64,000 bases of DNA from a virus. The stretch lies in IMG/VR virus record IMGVR_UViG_3300023243_000351, one strand, 5' to 3'. A program made the translations under genes and the position numbers. The first letter of the stretch is position 1. Every line of letters starts with the position of its first letter. Below are positions 26,697-38,426 of this stretch, piece after piece. A model generated the notes under the pieces. The model was not told where the DNA came from. It did no database searches and was given only the letters and a program-made list of their open reading frames with translations.

Positions 26697-27827
26697 TTAT
26701 GTTCTAGTAGCTGTTAAGTCTTCTAACTTCCAACCTTTAGTTTTGCCTTTTTTTGGAATACCCCATTTCTTTTCAATTTGCATTTTAAGAGTACTCCAAC
26801 TTAAATTATGTGTTTTACAGAAATCAGTAGATTCACCGCCGTATAATATGTGCTCATCCCCTGTTGGAGATGTTAGTCTGTAAGTGTGGCTATTTTTATT
26901 TTTTTTACCGATTCGCAACTTTGCTTTTTTGCTAATTAATGCCTTGGTACTTTCTTTTTGTGTTTTACCGTACATTGGGTTTCCGGCACCAGAATTTAAT
27001 TCACTAAATCGTTTTCGTGTTTCGATGCTGTGTTGCTTAGGGCCATATCCACCTCTCTCTTTCTGAAGGCGTGATCTTAATTCTCGTTGTTGCTTTGCTT
27101 TGTTAACCCCGTATATTTCTTCGTATGTTCTACCTTTCTGATTAGGTGGGCGGGCATCAGGACATATATTGGTTAATATGCCATTCTTGTCATATCCTTT
27201 TCTACCATACTTTTTAATTGCAGTGGCCTCGATATCATACGCTAATTCCTCGTCTAATATGTTTTCAGCAATGTATTCAATTACTGGCTCTGCTCCGGAC
27301 TTTCTTATACTCGCGATTTTATTTTCTTTGTAAACATTTCTAGTGTCGGACACAGTCCGTAAATGTGTTGTTGCTCTGTCACCTGTACCTTTGCCGATAT
27401 AAAATGGTTGGTTATTTCTCGGATCCACTATTTGATATACATAATACATTCGGTCACTCTCCTGTTTTAAATATTTAGCAAGAGACTGAGAGTAACAGTT
27501 AGGTATCGAGTAATCGTTGGATTGGTCTGAACTTAACGCAAAAATAATGTGTTCTCTGTTATCTTTATATGGTGTTACGTCTACTAACGTGTTATCTTGC
27601 CATACACTGTGTCTTATGGCCTGCACAACATTGAACCCCTTTATAAAATAATAGCCAATTACTTTCTTGCCGCCGTATATACTAGAGTGTATTCTAACAT
27701 TGTTATGGCAGTTATTATACTCGTATGCAGACTGTGCGTTAACTTTAACTGCTCCTACCCAATTACAATCGAGAGCTTTTGCCATAGACATAATCTCATT
27801 GTCAATTGTAACTGGGTTACTCCACAT
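26697..27827 (-). mobile_element. GIY-YIG/NUMOD3 homing endonuclease fused in frame to an N-terminal Cys-His-Asp domain
   Basis: YYVY..VDPR...PFYIGKG..R; HS.ETR.. and NPMYGK NUMOD3-like motifs; free-standing between nrdB and glutaredoxin. Confidence 0.8.
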
Positions 27828-28955
27828 TTAAAGAGTAAAGCCACTGAACGTGTTTGAGTCCACGTCTTGTTTGGTTCCACCAATTATATATGATGATATT
27901 TGAGTTTGCTGTGGTGCCACCTGCACTTCTGCCCCAGCAATCCACTTTTGTGTCCACGGCAACGGATTGCTACCTGTTTTAATACCACAACTAAGCCCAA
28001 CTGCTGTCATACGCTTGCAGGTCAACCAATCAATGTACTGACACAATAATACTGTGTTTAGTCCAATCATACTACCGTCTTTGAACAAGTATTGTGCCCA
28101 ATCTCTTTCCTGCTTGGCGGCATTAAGGAACATTGTTTCACATTCCTCTTTAGTTTCTTCGCGGATCTTTGCAAAGTCCTTGTCGTCTGACGGTAATATT
28201 TTAAGTAGTGTTTGTGTACTGCCCAAGTGAACATTTTCATCACGTGCAATCAGTTTAATAATCTTAGCATTGCCTTCCATCTTTTTAAGTTCAGCAAATG
28301 CCCAACTGCATGCAAACGAAACATAAAAACGTATACCTTCTAACGCATTAACATTGTTTAAGCATAACCATAGTTTACGTTTTAACTCGTAACGATCAAC
28401 TATAACTTCCTTGCCGTTAACCTTGTGCTTGCCTACGCCAAGTAGATTATAATACTGCACAGCTTTAATCAAGTCATCATAGTAGTGACTAATGTCTTTG
28501 GCACAATCTGCAATCTCTTTGATATCGTGTAGTCCATCAAACACTGTACTCGGATCGCTGTACACATTACGAATAATATGTGTATAACTACGACTGTGTA
28601 TTGTTTCATTAAATGCCCAAGTTTCTATCCAAGTTTCCAACTCTGGGATGGTAGCGATAGGCAAAAATGCTAGATTAGGTGAGCGTCCTTGTACACTGTC
28701 CAGTAGTATCTGTCTTTTAAGATTACTGGTGAAGATATGCTTTTCATACTCAGTAAGTTCCTTAAAGTCTTTTGCATCACGCAATACATCAACTTCTTCA
28801 GGTCTCCAAAAGAAACCTAACTGCTTGTCTGTCAACTTGTCAAATTGACGATACTTTAGTGTGTCGAATCTCTGTATTGCCGGAGTACCTGCTTCGTCTA
28901 GGAACGCAAGTGACTTGGTATGATCTTTATTATTTTTAATATTGAATACGCTCAT
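27828..28955 (-). CDS. nrdB: Ribonucleotide reductase class Ia beta subunit
   Basis: [40 protein letters not shown]. Confidence 0.97.
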   Translation of the reverse strand: MSVFNIKNNKDHTKSLAFLDEAGTPAIQRFDTLKYRQFDKLTDKQLGFFWRPEEVDVLRDAKDFKELTEYEKHIFTSNLKRQILLDSVQGRSPNLAFLPIATIPELETWIETWAFNETIHSRSYTHIIRNVYSDPSTVFDGLHDIKEIADCAKDISHYYDDLIKAVQYYNLLGVGKHKVNGKEVIVDRYELKRKLWLCLNNVNALEGIRFYVSFACSWAFAELKKMEGNAKIIKLIARDENVHLGSTQTLLKILPSDDKDFAKIREETKEECETMFLNAAKQERDWAQYLFKDGSMIGLNTVLLCQYIDWLTCKRMTAVGLSCGIKTGSNPLPWTQKWIAGAEVQVAPQQTQISSYIIGGTKQDVDSNTFSGFTL

Positions 28956-28965
28956 GTTTTCTCTC

Positions 28966-31269
28966 TTAAATTACACAACTTTCGCAATCATCTTGATCTT
29001 CGTAGTCTTCAAGCTCTTGCTGTTTTGCTTCACCTAGTGCTTCTACTATGTATTCACCTTGTCCATCATATGTATTAAAGTAGTACAACTGCTTTAATCC
29101 ATACTTGTAACACATCAACAAGTGTTGTAACATTGATGACATTGGAATCTTTTCGTCCTCGTAGTGCTGAGGATTGTAAGATGTGTTTACACTAATACCT
29201 TGATCAATGTACTTTTGAAGTACGCCACACAGTTTAATATATCCCTCCGGGGTAGTCTGATCCCACAGTAGTTCATAACGGTTCTTTAACCGCCTATATT
29301 CAGGCACAACCTGCTTTAATTGGCCGTGCTTTGACCCCTTAACGCTTACAAAACTTCGCGGTGGCTCTATACCATTAGTAGCATTACTGATCTGCGCACT
29401 TGTTTCTGCAGGCATCAATGCCATTAGTGTTGCATTACGCTGACCAGTCCGTTTTATTTGTTCTCGCAGATCATTCCATGGCATACGCTCTTGATGCTTG
29501 ACCAACTCGTCAACATCCTGCTTATACGTATCAATGGGTAAACGACCTTGCGCAGATTTTAAATCGTTCCATCTGGTGCATGCACCTTGTTCTTCCGCTA
29601 AGTCTGCAGAAGCCTTGATCAAATAGTAAGACCAGGCTTCTGCGTACTCATCTACCAGTGGCAACGCCGCTGGGTCACTGTAACTTACATCATTCTTAGC
29701 CAAGAAATAAGCAAAGTTAATGATGCCTATACCTAACGGTCTAAACTCTTCTGTTGCTTTACGTGCGGCTTTAATTGGATAACCTTGGTAACTCAACAGT
29801 GCATCTAGGCCGCGTACTGCCAACTTGCACATTTTCTCAAAGTCATGTGGGCTTTTTACATTGCCCCAATTGATCGCTGATAAAGTACACAGGGCGATCC
29901 TACCATCCTCGTCATTGACATCTTTCAATGGTACAGTTGGTAAATCTATTTCTGCGCAAAGGTTACTCATCTTCACAGGCGCGATCTTTTCATCGAACGG
30001 TGAGTGCGTATTAGCATGATCCACGTTCTGTAAATAAATTCTTCCAGTGTCTTTGCGTTCCTGCATAAACCTACTAAACAGATCTGCTGCCTTGTAGGTC
30101 TTCTTCCTCAGTTTAGTATTGCGTTCTGCTCTCTCGTATAGCTCTTTGAATTTGTCTTGATCATTGAAGAACGCTTCATACATCTCTGGTACATCATGCG
30201 GACTAAACACAGTGATGTCTCCATTTGTGATTAGTCTTTCATACATTAACTTATTAAATTGTACGCCATAGTCCATTTGACGCACACGATTATCCTCTGT
30301 GCCTTTGTTGTTTTTAAGGACCAAGAGGTCTTCGATTTCATAGTGCCATATTGGATAGTAAAGTGTTGCGGCACCATTTCTTACACCTCCCTGACTACAA
30401 CTACGTGTAGCAGATTGGAATAACTTGTAAAAAGGAGTTACGCCTGTGTGAAAAGCATCTCCTTTGCGTATAGGTGCACCTAATGCACGTATACGTCCTG
30501 CACCAATGCCAATGCCTGCTTTTTGTGACACGTACTTAACAATACTTGCGGCTGTTGCATTGATACTGTCTAAACTGTCGTCTGTTTCAATCAGCACACA
30601 ACTGCTGAACTGTTTTTGTGGTGTGCGCACACCTGCCATAACCGGTGTAGGCAAACTTACATCAAAATTACTGATTGCGTCATAGTAATCACGTACCCAT
30701 TTGAGTCTAATATCTTTAGGGTAGTCTTGGAATAGTGTCGCGGCTATTAACATGTAAGCCATTTGTGGAGTCTCAAACATCTCACCAGTAACACGATTTT
30801 GTACAAGATACTTGCCACGCCATTGTTCCATAGCAACATAGGTGAATGTTTCATCACGATCATGTTTAATATAACTATCTAATTTCTCCCACTCATCTGT
30901 ATCGTATGCTTCTAATAGGCCGCGATCGTAAAAACCACTTTCGACATTGTGTTCTACCAGTTTTAACAATGGCCAAGGTGCATAGTCCCCATATACTTGT
31001 TTACGTAGATGATAGTTAATTAGTCTGCCAGCAACATACTGATAGTTTGGAGCTTCTTCTGAAATCAAATCAGCGGCACTTTTAATAAGTGTTTCTTGTA
31101 TGTCTACTGTTTTGATCCCAGTATAAAATTGGATGTGGCTTTTTAGTTCTACTTCACTGGCACTTACACCTGTAATACCTTCAGTTGCCCACATAACAAC
31201 CTTGTGCATTTTTTCTATGTCTAGTTCTTCTTTGATTCCATCTCTCTTGATTACTTGAATCTTTGTCAT
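28966..31269 (-). CDS. nrdA: Ribonucleotide reductase class Ia alpha subunit
   Basis: ATP cone (VIKRDG), [22 protein letters not shown]-terminal CESC. Confidence 0.97.
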   Translation of the reverse strand: MTKIQVIKRDGIKEELDIEKMHKVVMWATEGITGVSASEVELKSHIQFYTGIKTVDIQETLIKSAADLISEEAPNYQYVAGRLINYHLRKQVYGDYAPWPLLKLVEHNVESGFYDRGLLEAYDTDEWEKLDSYIKHDRDETFTYVAMEQWRGKYLVQNRVTGEMFETPQMAYMLIAATLFQDYPKDIRLKWVRDYYDAISNFDVSLPTPVMAGVRTPQKQFSSCVLIETDDSLDSINATAASIVKYVSQKAGIGIGAGRIRALGAPIRKGDAFHTGVTPFYKLFQSATRSCSQGGVRNGAATLYYPIWHYEIEDLLVLKNNKGTEDNRVRQMDYGVQFNKLMYERLITNGDITVFSPHDVPEMYEAFFNDQDKFKELYERAERNTKLRKKTYKAADLFSRFMQERKDTGRIYLQNVDHANTHSPFDEKIAPVKMSNLCAEIDLPTVPLKDVNDEDGRIALCTLSAINWGNVKSPHDFEKMCKLAVRGLDALLSYQGYPIKAARKATEEFRPLGIGIINFAYFLAKNDVSYSDPAALPLVDEYAEAWSYYLIKASADLAEEQGACTRWNDLKSAQGRLPIDTYKQDVDELVKHQERMPWNDLREQIKRTGQRNATLMALMPAETSAQISNATNGIEPPRSFVSVKGSKHGQLKQVVPEYRRLKNRYELLWDQTTPEGYIKLCGVLQKYIDQGISVNTSYNPQHYEDEKIPMSSMLQHLLMCYKYGLKQLYYFNTYDGQGEYIVEALGEAKQQELEDYEDQDDCESCVI

Positions 31270-31285
31270 TCGTGCCCCATCATTA

Positions 31286-31732
31286 TTATTCTAACGTTAG
31301 TTCTGTTGCGTCATAGCAACGTTTCAATGTTAATGTTTCTGCAATATCAGTTTTATTTAATACCTGATTGTCAATCAAATTAAGTACATATTTTCCTTGA
31401 TTCAAATAGGCTACACAATATTGATACCCTGTGTTTGAATCAACATACACATGTACTTCAAGTTCTAAATTCGTTCCGTGCTTGCTATGATATAAAGTAT
31501 ACACTATTCCCAGGACTTTAGCAAGATCACAATAGTAGTTATCTATAATTAAATCCCAGGCATTTGGCCAACTTTCGGGATTGTCTAAATCTAAATAAAA
31601 GGCAGTCCAAGGACAGGGCTGCCAGAAATCTATTGTTTCTTGTAATGCTTCTTCAAAAGGAAGTTGGTTGATCTTGAATCTAAAATTTTTCCAGCACTTC
31701 AATCTAGAAGCACTAGTGCGTAACTTGAACAT
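31286..31732 (-). CDS. Hypothetical protein
   Basis: 148-aa ORF. Confidence 0.6.
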   Translation of the reverse strand: MFKLRTSASRLKCWKNFRFKINQLPFEEALQETIDFWQPCPWTAFYLDLDNPESWPNAWDLIIDNYYCDLAKVLGIVYTLYHSKHGTNLELEVHVYVDSNTGYQYCVAYLNQGKYVLNLIDNQVLNKTDIAETLTLKRCYDATELTLE

Positions 31733-31735
31733 CTT

Positions 31736-33106
31736 TTAACTAATAAATTGATTGATTGCGTATTTAAATGTGCCTGTGCCTGATTCTAATGTGACGGTTA
31801 AACTAGTGGCATTGGCGAATAAGTTTGCTTTAACACCAACTCCATTTTCCACATGTTGATCATGAAACTCTGAACTTGTTCCATCTGTACTGAATTGGTA
31901 TGTACCAAAACGTTTTGCTGAACTGTTACTGATTTGATACTTTATTTCGCCTGCTGTGTTAGCAACGAATGTTGCAATAACCGGCGAAGCAGTACTAATT
32001 GACGCACTACGTGCTACTCCGTATCTTAGATTACCTAGTTGCATACCAGTAGTCAGTGCGCTTCCGTTAGTATGTACTTCACCAAAGGAAACAAAACTAG
32101 TTGCGCCTGCAGTAGTTTTTCTTGTGCCAACAGTTCCGAAGTAGTTGTTAATACTACTAACACTATCAACACTGTTCAATACTATTGCAGTATTGCTGAT
32201 ACCATCAAACTCAGAATTAAGTATGTTAACAAACTTTGTAGTAGATCCCATGTTTACAATACCGTTACCACCACCTAATATTTTGACTTTGTCTAACGTA
32301 ATATTTTGTGTACTGGTGCTGGTACTTAATATTTCAATTACGTTAGGGTAATAAGTTCCTGCTTTGATATTAGACTGAAAAGCTGTGTTTGTTATTCTAA
32401 CATTACTAGCACTATCGATGTTTAGCAAAGGATACTGAACGTCTGCAGATACGTTTTGGAACGTTAATCCGCTTATATCGATTTGATCAGGTAGTACTGC
32501 ACTGCCTGTCCCAATTGTTGCTCCACTTTGGAATGCGCTGTCTGACAAATTTGCTACAGTTAAATTACCATAAGTTAACTTAATTGTACTGCTAGACGGT
32601 CCGTCACCTTGTAAACTTGTGTTAGGCGGAATGCTAATAACATTACTGGTTAAGTATGTTCCTGCAGGAATATAAATTGTTCTTCGTGTGCGAGTATCGA
32701 AATTATTTTCTGATTCTTTATATATCTGTTCGATTGCACGACGGATCGATGCCGTATCATCCGCAACACCGTCACCTACTGCGCCAAAGTCTCTAATATT
32801 AACAAAGTCATCAAATTTCTGTTGGAAACTGCGTACTGTTGGATTAAGGATACTACTGCCAGTTTCGACAGTATACTCTGTAACATTTCCCTTAAAAGTA
32901 TACGAACCAATCAATGCCGCTAAGTCAGTGTATTGTGTTAACACTTCTGTAATACCAGTAGCTGGTGCACCTTCTGCTACGGTACCGTTACCGATATATA
33001 ATTTACGTGTGTCTACACTCCAGCCGAGCTCTGCGCCAGCAAGTTGTGGTAGGTCTTGATTAAGACCTCGTCTATGTTGAATTCTACTTATTTGGGTAAC
33101 AGCCAT
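31736..33106 (-). CDS. Tail fibre/spike-like protein (Mtd-N-like head plus pectate-lyase-like beta-helix)
   Basis: RIQHRRG..LPQL..AELGW..DT..LYIGNG; VNIRDFGAVGDGVADDT..I; YIPAGTY. Confidence 0.8.
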   Translation of the reverse strand: MAVTQISRIQHRRGLNQDLPQLAGAELGWSVDTRKLYIGNGTVAEGAPATGITEVLTQYTDLAALIGSYTFKGNVTEYTVETGSSILNPTVRSFQQKFDDFVNIRDFGAVGDGVADDTASIRRAIEQIYKESENNFDTRTRRTIYIPAGTYLTSNVISIPPNTSLQGDGPSSSTIKLTYGNLTVANLSDSAFQSGATIGTGSAVLPDQIDISGLTFQNVSADVQYPLLNIDSASNVRITNTAFQSNIKAGTYYPNVIEILSTSTSTQNITLDKVKILGGGNGIVNMGSTTKFVNILNSEFDGISNTAIVLNSVDSVSSINNYFGTVGTRKTTAGATSFVSFGEVHTNGSALTTGMQLGNLRYGVARSASISTASPVIATFVANTAGEIKYQISNSSAKRFGTYQFSTDGTSSEFHDQHVENGVGVKANLFANATSLTVTLESGTGTFKYAINQFIS

Positions 33107-33131
33107 CTATTAAATCCTCATTATTTTGTAT

Positions 33132-33830
33132 TTATGCGGTTTCGTAGTATAGCTCAACTCTCTTCATCCACTGCTCGCTCCAGTGATCAAATTCGTCTGC
33201 TTCTAATATAAACTCCTGATATTGCGGAGTATCATCTTTAGACTCGGGCTTTGCGCACATTAAAATAACACCTGTGTTAATATCTGTACCGTGCATTTCG
33301 TTGTGTGCTTGTGCATACGCTGTTAACTGCAAGAAATAATCGCCGATCCACTCACGTTTCTTAGGTTTGTTGGTTTGTTTAAAGTCAATTATAGCAGGCC
33401 TACCGTTCCACACACCAACACAGTCAGTTGTGCCTGCATATAATCCATCGTAGTAAACTGGTACTTCACAACCCCAGTATTCATTCTCACTATCCATTCC
33501 TTTCAACACGACTTGTGCGGCCATAAACCATGCAGTCTGTGCATACGGGTTAGTAGGAAACGCACCCAAGTCGTCTTCTTTTACAAAACGTTCAAGATAA
33601 GCATGCATACGTGTTCCGCGGCTTGCGGCTTCAGTTACAATTTCCTGTGCTTTCTTTTCGCCTACACGCTTCTTCCAATTACGTAGAGCTTGCTTTTGTT
33701 CTTCAGGCTTGGTGCGATCTAGTATTGTGGTTACGCTGGGCAACTTATTGCCTGTGGGTGTTGCATAGTATCTTTTACCACCAACATTAACTCTGTCAAT
33801 GGGTTTGTATTCATATCGTTTAGTTATCAT
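33132..33830 (-). CDS. PD-(D/E)xK exonuclease
   Basis: LPSVTTIL, GTRMH, YAGTTD, IIDFKQ, QLTAYA. Confidence 0.85.
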   Translation of the reverse strand: MITKRYEYKPIDRVNVGGKRYYATPTGNKLPSVTTILDRTKPEEQKQALRNWKKRVGEKKAQEIVTEAASRGTRMHAYLERFVKEDDLGAFPTNPYAQTAWFMAAQVVLKGMDSENEYWGCEVPVYYDGLYAGTTDCVGVWNGRPAIIDFKQTNKPKKREWIGDYFLQLTAYAQAHNEMHGTDINTGVILMCAKPESKDDTPQYQEFILEADEFDHWSEQWMKRVELYYETA

Positions 33831-34440
33831 GTGTTTCGATCCATGCAGATAGTTCATCTGCTATTCGTTGATGACCCTGGTGATCTGGATGATCTCCTTG
33901 AGGAATGTTTGCTCCACTTATTTCATGAAGTGACTTGTTATAAAATAGTTCAGTAGGTAGTAGTTTTATTCCTGTCATTGCAGGGATGCTTTGCAACGGT
34001 ACGGTCCAATTGTAAACAAACAGACATGTTACGCCTAGAGTTTTACACAATCCATATACCATTAGTAGATCCTTAATGGCGTTAGCGTGAGCTAAATCTT
34101 GACTGTAAATATATTTGTAGTATTTCGACCCAATCGCATGATTTGAGTTGGCCGGGTGTAGTTCCATTGGGTATCCGTTTTCCCAATACCAACTCCTGTC
34201 AGGATTAGTAATACAAAATAGTACTATGTCTCCTTTTCTGATCGATTTACGCTCAACTGCTTTAACAAACTGCCAAGTTGCTTGTTCAAGAGATGTGGCT
34301 GCTTGACTTAGATTGTCTAATAGATAATTATTTTCCTGTGCAACAAGATACGGAAATCCTTGTTTCACTACGTCATGTAGGTCCACACCTGCAGGCCAAC
34401 TATCACCAAATACATAAAGGGTTTTGTCTTTAATGCTCAT
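33820..34440 (-). CDS. SGNH/GDSL-like protein
   Basis: VFGDSW ... DHPDHQGHQRIA. Confidence 0.7.
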   Translation of the reverse strand: MSIKDKTLYVFGDSWPAGVDLHDVVKQGFPYLVAQENNYLLDNLSQAATSLEQATWQFVKAVERKSIRKGDIVLFCITNPDRSWYWENGYPMELHPANSNHAIGSKYYKYIYSQDLAHANAIKDLLMVYGLCKTLGVTCLFVYNWTVPLQSIPAMTGIKLLPTELFYNKSLHEISGANIPQGDHPDHQGHQRIADELSAWIETHDN

Positions 34441-36142
34441 GGTGCATCCTTCTATAGATTTGTTTTGCATAATCATTGCGCTTACTGCTGGACGATGCTG
34501 AAATATGTTGTAATGTCCATTTAAGAAACTGTCCGTTAGTGTTCAACTTCGAAGTCATGTCTGACACTGCCATAGAACATGCAGTGATCGGCTTCGCTGT
34601 GGGTGTACGATCCAGTTCAGTTGTAAAATAGAACTTGTTGTGTATTAACCAGTTTTCAGCCAAATTGTCTCTTAGAATCTGATAAAGATCACTTACTAAG
34701 AATAAGTCTACTATCTTATCTGCGTCAAAGCTAATATAGTCCATTAACTTTCCTACTTTGTACACTTTGTAAAAATTTATAGTTGCATGTATTAAACTTA
34801 GCATTGTCATCTCTATAAAGTCGTGTTGAGTGAATGACACACAACTTTGCGTAAAAGGACTACTGAATTCACTTTGTCCGTGGAAGTCCCATCTTAGGGA
34901 GTTACTGTACTCAAACTTCCATTTATTAATATACTCGTTACTTCTGGCTGCCGGACTTGCAGATAGCAGTTCGCTTACATATACAAATGGTATTACATGT
35001 TCGTTGGCCATGTCAGACAAGGTTTGTCTCCAGGAATCAACTGTCTGTCCGGGTAGTCCTTGTATTAACTGTACTGCTGATGGTAGGTGCGGGTATAACT
35101 CTCTAAGTTCTCTTATATGACTAGTGTGTACATCCCACCCGACGTCGGGTCTATCTATGTTCTCAAGTATTGTTGGATTATTATCTTGTACACTTATTAC
35201 GAAATGTCTACACAGATTTGCTTTTGCCATAGTATGGAATATTTTTATGTTGTTATCTTTTCGTAATTTGCTTACTGTGTAATCTAATCTAAAACTTGCA
35301 TTTTCGTTTAGATTCTTATCTGCCATATACTCTATTAGATCAACATCCTCTTGGTACTGACCCAGGTTTGCGTCTGCCATGAATAAACTTTTTACTCCAA
35401 CTGCTTGGAATAAATCAATTTCATCTTTGTAACTGTCTTTCCTGCGTGTTGTTTTGTTTCCGTAACCGCTATTCCAATCACAAAAAGTACATGCGTAAGG
35501 ACATCCCCTAGTCAGTTCGTACGAAATAATTGGTTGCAGTTTTTTCTCGTACATGTCGTCAACCATGGCTTTGAACATTTCTGCATTATGTAAGTATGGA
35601 CTTATTTTAGATTGCGGAACATATTCGTATTCGGCTACAATTGCACCCCTATTAGAATCAGGCCACGCCATGTTTGTAAGTTCTTCTTTTACTAAAGGTT
35701 TGTTAAGCACCATCCTCTCAATGAACTCAGCAAATGCTTTCTCGCCTGGCCCATAAAATGCATAATCAACAAATTTATGTTCTAAGAAGTAATTTGGATT
35801 TATATTAACATCTACACTAGGGCCCCCTGTAACAAACAGTATGCTAGAATCTACTCGAGGTCGGATTCTGTCTAACTGTGCTAGTATTGCTATGTAGTTC
35901 CAGATATAATGAGTAGTGCAGAACATATCTGGTTTTTCTTGTTGGATCAGACTTACTAGCTCATCGTCAGATAACTTAACTTGTTGTGGGATCGCCCATT
36001 CCAACTTCTTGGCTATTTGTGGTTTTTTAATTTCTATATATGTCTTAAGGTAAAGACTAGTTGATTTCACAAAAACGCTGTCATTAGGATGTACAACGTC
36101 ATGGAATAGTTTATCTTCAGAATGGTAGAATAATATTTTCAT
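34430..36142 (-). CDS. B12-binding radical SAM protein
   Basis: GGPS, GPGE, ELTRGCPYACTFCDW, DANLG, GLPGQT. Confidence 0.85.
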   Translation of the reverse strand: MKILFYHSEDKLFHDVVHPNDSVFVKSTSLYLKTYIEIKKPQIAKKLEWAIPQQVKLSDDELVSLIQQEKPDMFCTTHYIWNYIAILAQLDRIRPRVDSSILFVTGGPSVDVNINPNYFLEHKFVDYAFYGPGEKAFAEFIERMVLNKPLVKEELTNMAWPDSNRGAIVAEYEYVPQSKISPYLHNAEMFKAMVDDMYEKKLQPIISYELTRGCPYACTFCDWNSGYGNKTTRRKDSYKDEIDLFQAVGVKSLFMADANLGQYQEDVDLIEYMADKNLNENASFRLDYTVSKLRKDNNIKIFHTMAKANLCRHFVISVQDNNPTILENIDRPDVGWDVHTSHIRELRELYPHLPSAVQLIQGLPGQTVDSWRQTLSDMANEHVIPFVYVSELLSASPAARSNEYINKWKFEYSNSLRWDFHGQSEFSSPFTQSCVSFTQHDFIEMTMLSLIHATINFYKVYKVGKLMDYISFDADKIVDLFLVSDLYQILRDNLAENWLIHNKFYFTTELDRTPTAKPITACSMAVSDMTSKLNTNGQFLKWTLQHISASSSSKRNDYAKQIYRRMHHEH

Positions 36143-36210
36143 AATATACAGTCAAGAGTATTATACTACACTATCATGTGCATACATGTCAAATTTATTT
36201 AAGTACAGTA

Positions 36211-36672
36211 TTATAGATTAGGTCGAGCTTTTGCGGCACGTTTGGCCATCGAATCAACTTTCTTCTCAGGCGCTGTTTTAGGAGCAGTATCTTGTTCTGT
36301 ATCAAGATCCAAATCTTCATCATTTACTGGGTTAATATACACGTACTTTACTAGTTCGCCACCTTGCCCCAATGTAACCTTGTTGTCTTTACTTTTAACT
36401 GTTACGTCCTTGACATCTTTAATTAGGCTTTTAGCATTTTCGTTGTTCTTCGAAATGTTTAGTAGCGTTTGATAATTAAACTGTGGGAAACCAGCGGCCT
36501 GCACAAGATTAATTAAGCTATCAGCACGTATGCGTGGCTGTTTGTGGGTGTCAGCCGCTCTGTTTTGTAGATAAGATAAGATAGTTAATAATGCACCGTT
36601 TTCGTGATCCGTTGCATCATCTTCAAGCATGTCGTCGATGACGTTCTCAACAACAATATCATTGACTTTCAT
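36211..36672 (-). CDS. Hypothetical late protein, possibly head-internal
   Basis: MKVNDIVVE start; acidic C-terminal region. Confidence 0.55.
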   Translation of the reverse strand: MKVNDIVVENVIDDMLEDDATDHENGALLTILSYLQNRAADTHKQPRIRADSLINLVQAAGFPQFNYQTLLNISKNNENAKSLIKDVKDVTVKSKDNKVTLGQGGELVKYVYINPVNDEDLDLDTEQDTAPKTAPEKKVDSMAKRAAKARPNL

Positions 36673-36675
36673 TTA

Positions 36676-37359
36676 CTAGTCTCGCTTTTCGCGACCAACT
36701 TCATCTGCACCCACAGCTGGTTCTGTAGCATCAAACTCATCACCAACTTCAACATCAACTTCGCCGGCATCAACTGGAGGAGCCATGTCTGCTTCTGGAC
36801 TGCCCATTGCCATGTCCATTGGTTGGTCTGTTTGCTCACCTGCCAATGCACGAGCTGCCATATCCATCTGTTCACGTGATGAACTGATTGCGGCTTGAAG
36901 AGTTTCTAGTATACCGCCAACACTGCCTTTGAAGTTTTCTGCTTCAGTCATGCCAATTTGATCACGTATTGTGTCAAGTAGTGCTGGCATCTGCTCGTTA
37001 GCCATTTCGCTAACATCTTCAAGCATGTCTTGTACGCTGTCAACCATATCTTTAGCGGCTAGTATAGCCTGGCTACGACCCATTTCACTTTCTTGAATTA
37101 GTTGTTGTTTGTTCTCAACCATCCATTTGTGAATTCCTTCACGTACCATCAACAAGTGCATGTATTTTGGATTTGTTTCTGCTTTGTGTATACCATGACT
37201 GTTTTTAATCTTGTCAAGGCTTTCTGTCAGAGCATTAGCAAGACCGTATGCCTTACTAAAGTCTAGTTTGCTGTAGTTAATCTTTTTGCCAAAACGGCTT
37301 TCCATAACTTTATTAATCTTAGTTGCTGACGGTTTAGTGTTCATTTCAGATAGTTTCAT
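36676..37359 (-). CDS. Hypothetical protein, possibly prohead core/scaffold-like
   Basis: MKLSEM start, helical, acidic tail; TAAATA at 37383-37388. Confidence 0.55.
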   Translation of the reverse strand: MKLSEMNTKPSATKINKVMESRFGKKINYSKLDFSKAYGLANALTESLDKIKNSHGIHKAETNPKYMHLLMVREGIHKWMVENKQQLIQESEMGRSQAILAAKDMVDSVQDMLEDVSEMANEQMPALLDTIRDQIGMTEAENFKGSVGGILETLQAAISSSREQMDMAARALAGEQTDQPMDMAMGSPEADMAPPVDAGEVDVEVGDEFDATEPAVGADEVGREKRD

Positions 37360-37879
37360 TGTTCATATTCCTAAAGTTATTGTATTTAGCCGAGTTAATT
37401 GTTTTCTGTAAATTGATTATGGCATGTTCCTGCTGTAGTTTGGCGTCAATGTATCTGTTGGTAAACATTTCTTTCTTATCAATGTCTCCCCGACCCTGCT
37501 CTATCTTAATGTGTCTTGCATAATATACCAAATCAGTGGTTAAATTACCCAATCTGCTGTCCCATTTTTTAATTTCACAAGATTGCTGATATTGATCTCG
37601 TGTGCAACCGATACAATACAGCATTGCGTTTAGTTTTGATAAGAAGTTGTGTATATACTGCCCGTCTCTGGTTACTTCCCAACAGTCTTTGTGTATACCT
37701 TTGACTTCGTACGGACCAATAAAAAACCTGTAATTACCAACCGGAATAACTACAGGTTTGTTTTTAAATTTATTAAGCTCTTTGTTTGTGAATCGTTTGA
37801 TGTACGCAACTCCCATGTTGAGTACTATGTCAGTTAATAATGCCTTTTCTTGCTTTGTAGATAATCTTGCCTTCTTCAT
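37346..37879 (-). CDS. Hypothetical protein
   Basis: 177-aa ORF. Confidence 0.55.
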   Translation of the reverse strand: MKKARLSTKQEKALLTDIVLNMGVAYIKRFTNKELNKFKNKPVVIPVGNYRFFIGPYEVKGIHKDCWEVTRDGQYIHNFLSKLNAMLYCIGCTRDQYQQSCEIKKWDSRLGNLTTDLVYYARHIKIEQGRGDIDKKEMFTNRYIDAKLQQEHAIINLQKTINSAKYNNFRNMNNETI

Positions 37880-38051
37880 TTGTTTGTCTTAGTAATATGT
37901 CTTTATTAACAAGTGAGTTTGCTAATTCTTGTTCTCGTTCGTTCAGTTCAGCTTTTCTAATTACAGGCTTTTCCTGAAATTGACCTAGTACATCTGATTC
38001 TTCATTTGTAATAGGCAGGCTAACTTTATTTACTAGTTCTATTATCTTCAT
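37830..38051 (-). CDS. Hypothetical protein
   Basis: 73-aa ORF, MKIIEL start. Confidence 0.55.
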   Translation of the reverse strand: MKIIELVNKVSLPITNEESDVLGQFQEKPVIRKAELNEREQELANSLVNKDILLRQTNEEGKIIYKARKGIIN

Positions 38052-38053
38052 TA

Positions 38054-38347
38054 TTATTTTATGGTTAGTTGAACAACAGTGGCAATTAAACCTGCGAGCA
38101 GTGCCGCACCCACAGCAGTCATTACACCAATCAGTGTTTTATTGGATTCATTGCTTGCTAATTGACCCAGGGATTTGAATTCGGACAATTTTGCCCGTAC
38201 ATATATAATATGCTCTTCGACACCATTGAGTCTTGCTTCAACATTGTCTAGTTTTTTGTGCAACGTTTTGTACCTTTCAGCGCATAAATCAACGTGCGCT
38301 TCAAGGTCTTTTCTTTCACTCTCTGCCATTTCTGTTTCCATTTTCAA
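38054..38347 (-). CDS. Coiled-coil protein with C-terminal TM (holin/XhlA-like architecture)
   Basis: LEAHVDLCAERY, coiled coil, C-terminal hydrophobic helix; start uncertain. Confidence 0.55.
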   Translation of the reverse strand: MKMETEMAESERKDLEAHVDLCAERYKTLHKKLDNVEARLNGVEEHIIYVRAKLSEFKSLGQLASNESNKTLIGVMTAVGAALLAGLIATVVQLTIK

Positions 38348-38426
38348 ATTTGATCGTGCTCTACAATACTACAGGGTTCTGTTACTTGCCGTGAGAGTGT
38401 GCCAATGAATGCCGTTAATATACTAT

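Noticed and set aside
27828-31269. Intron or intein in nrdA/nrdB
   Set aside because: Both ORFs are continuous and of normal length; the endonuclease lies outside nrdB
33132-33857. Cas4 as part of a CRISPR system
   Set aside because: Generic phage PD-(D/E)xK nuclease without the four-Cys cluster pattern; no array nearby
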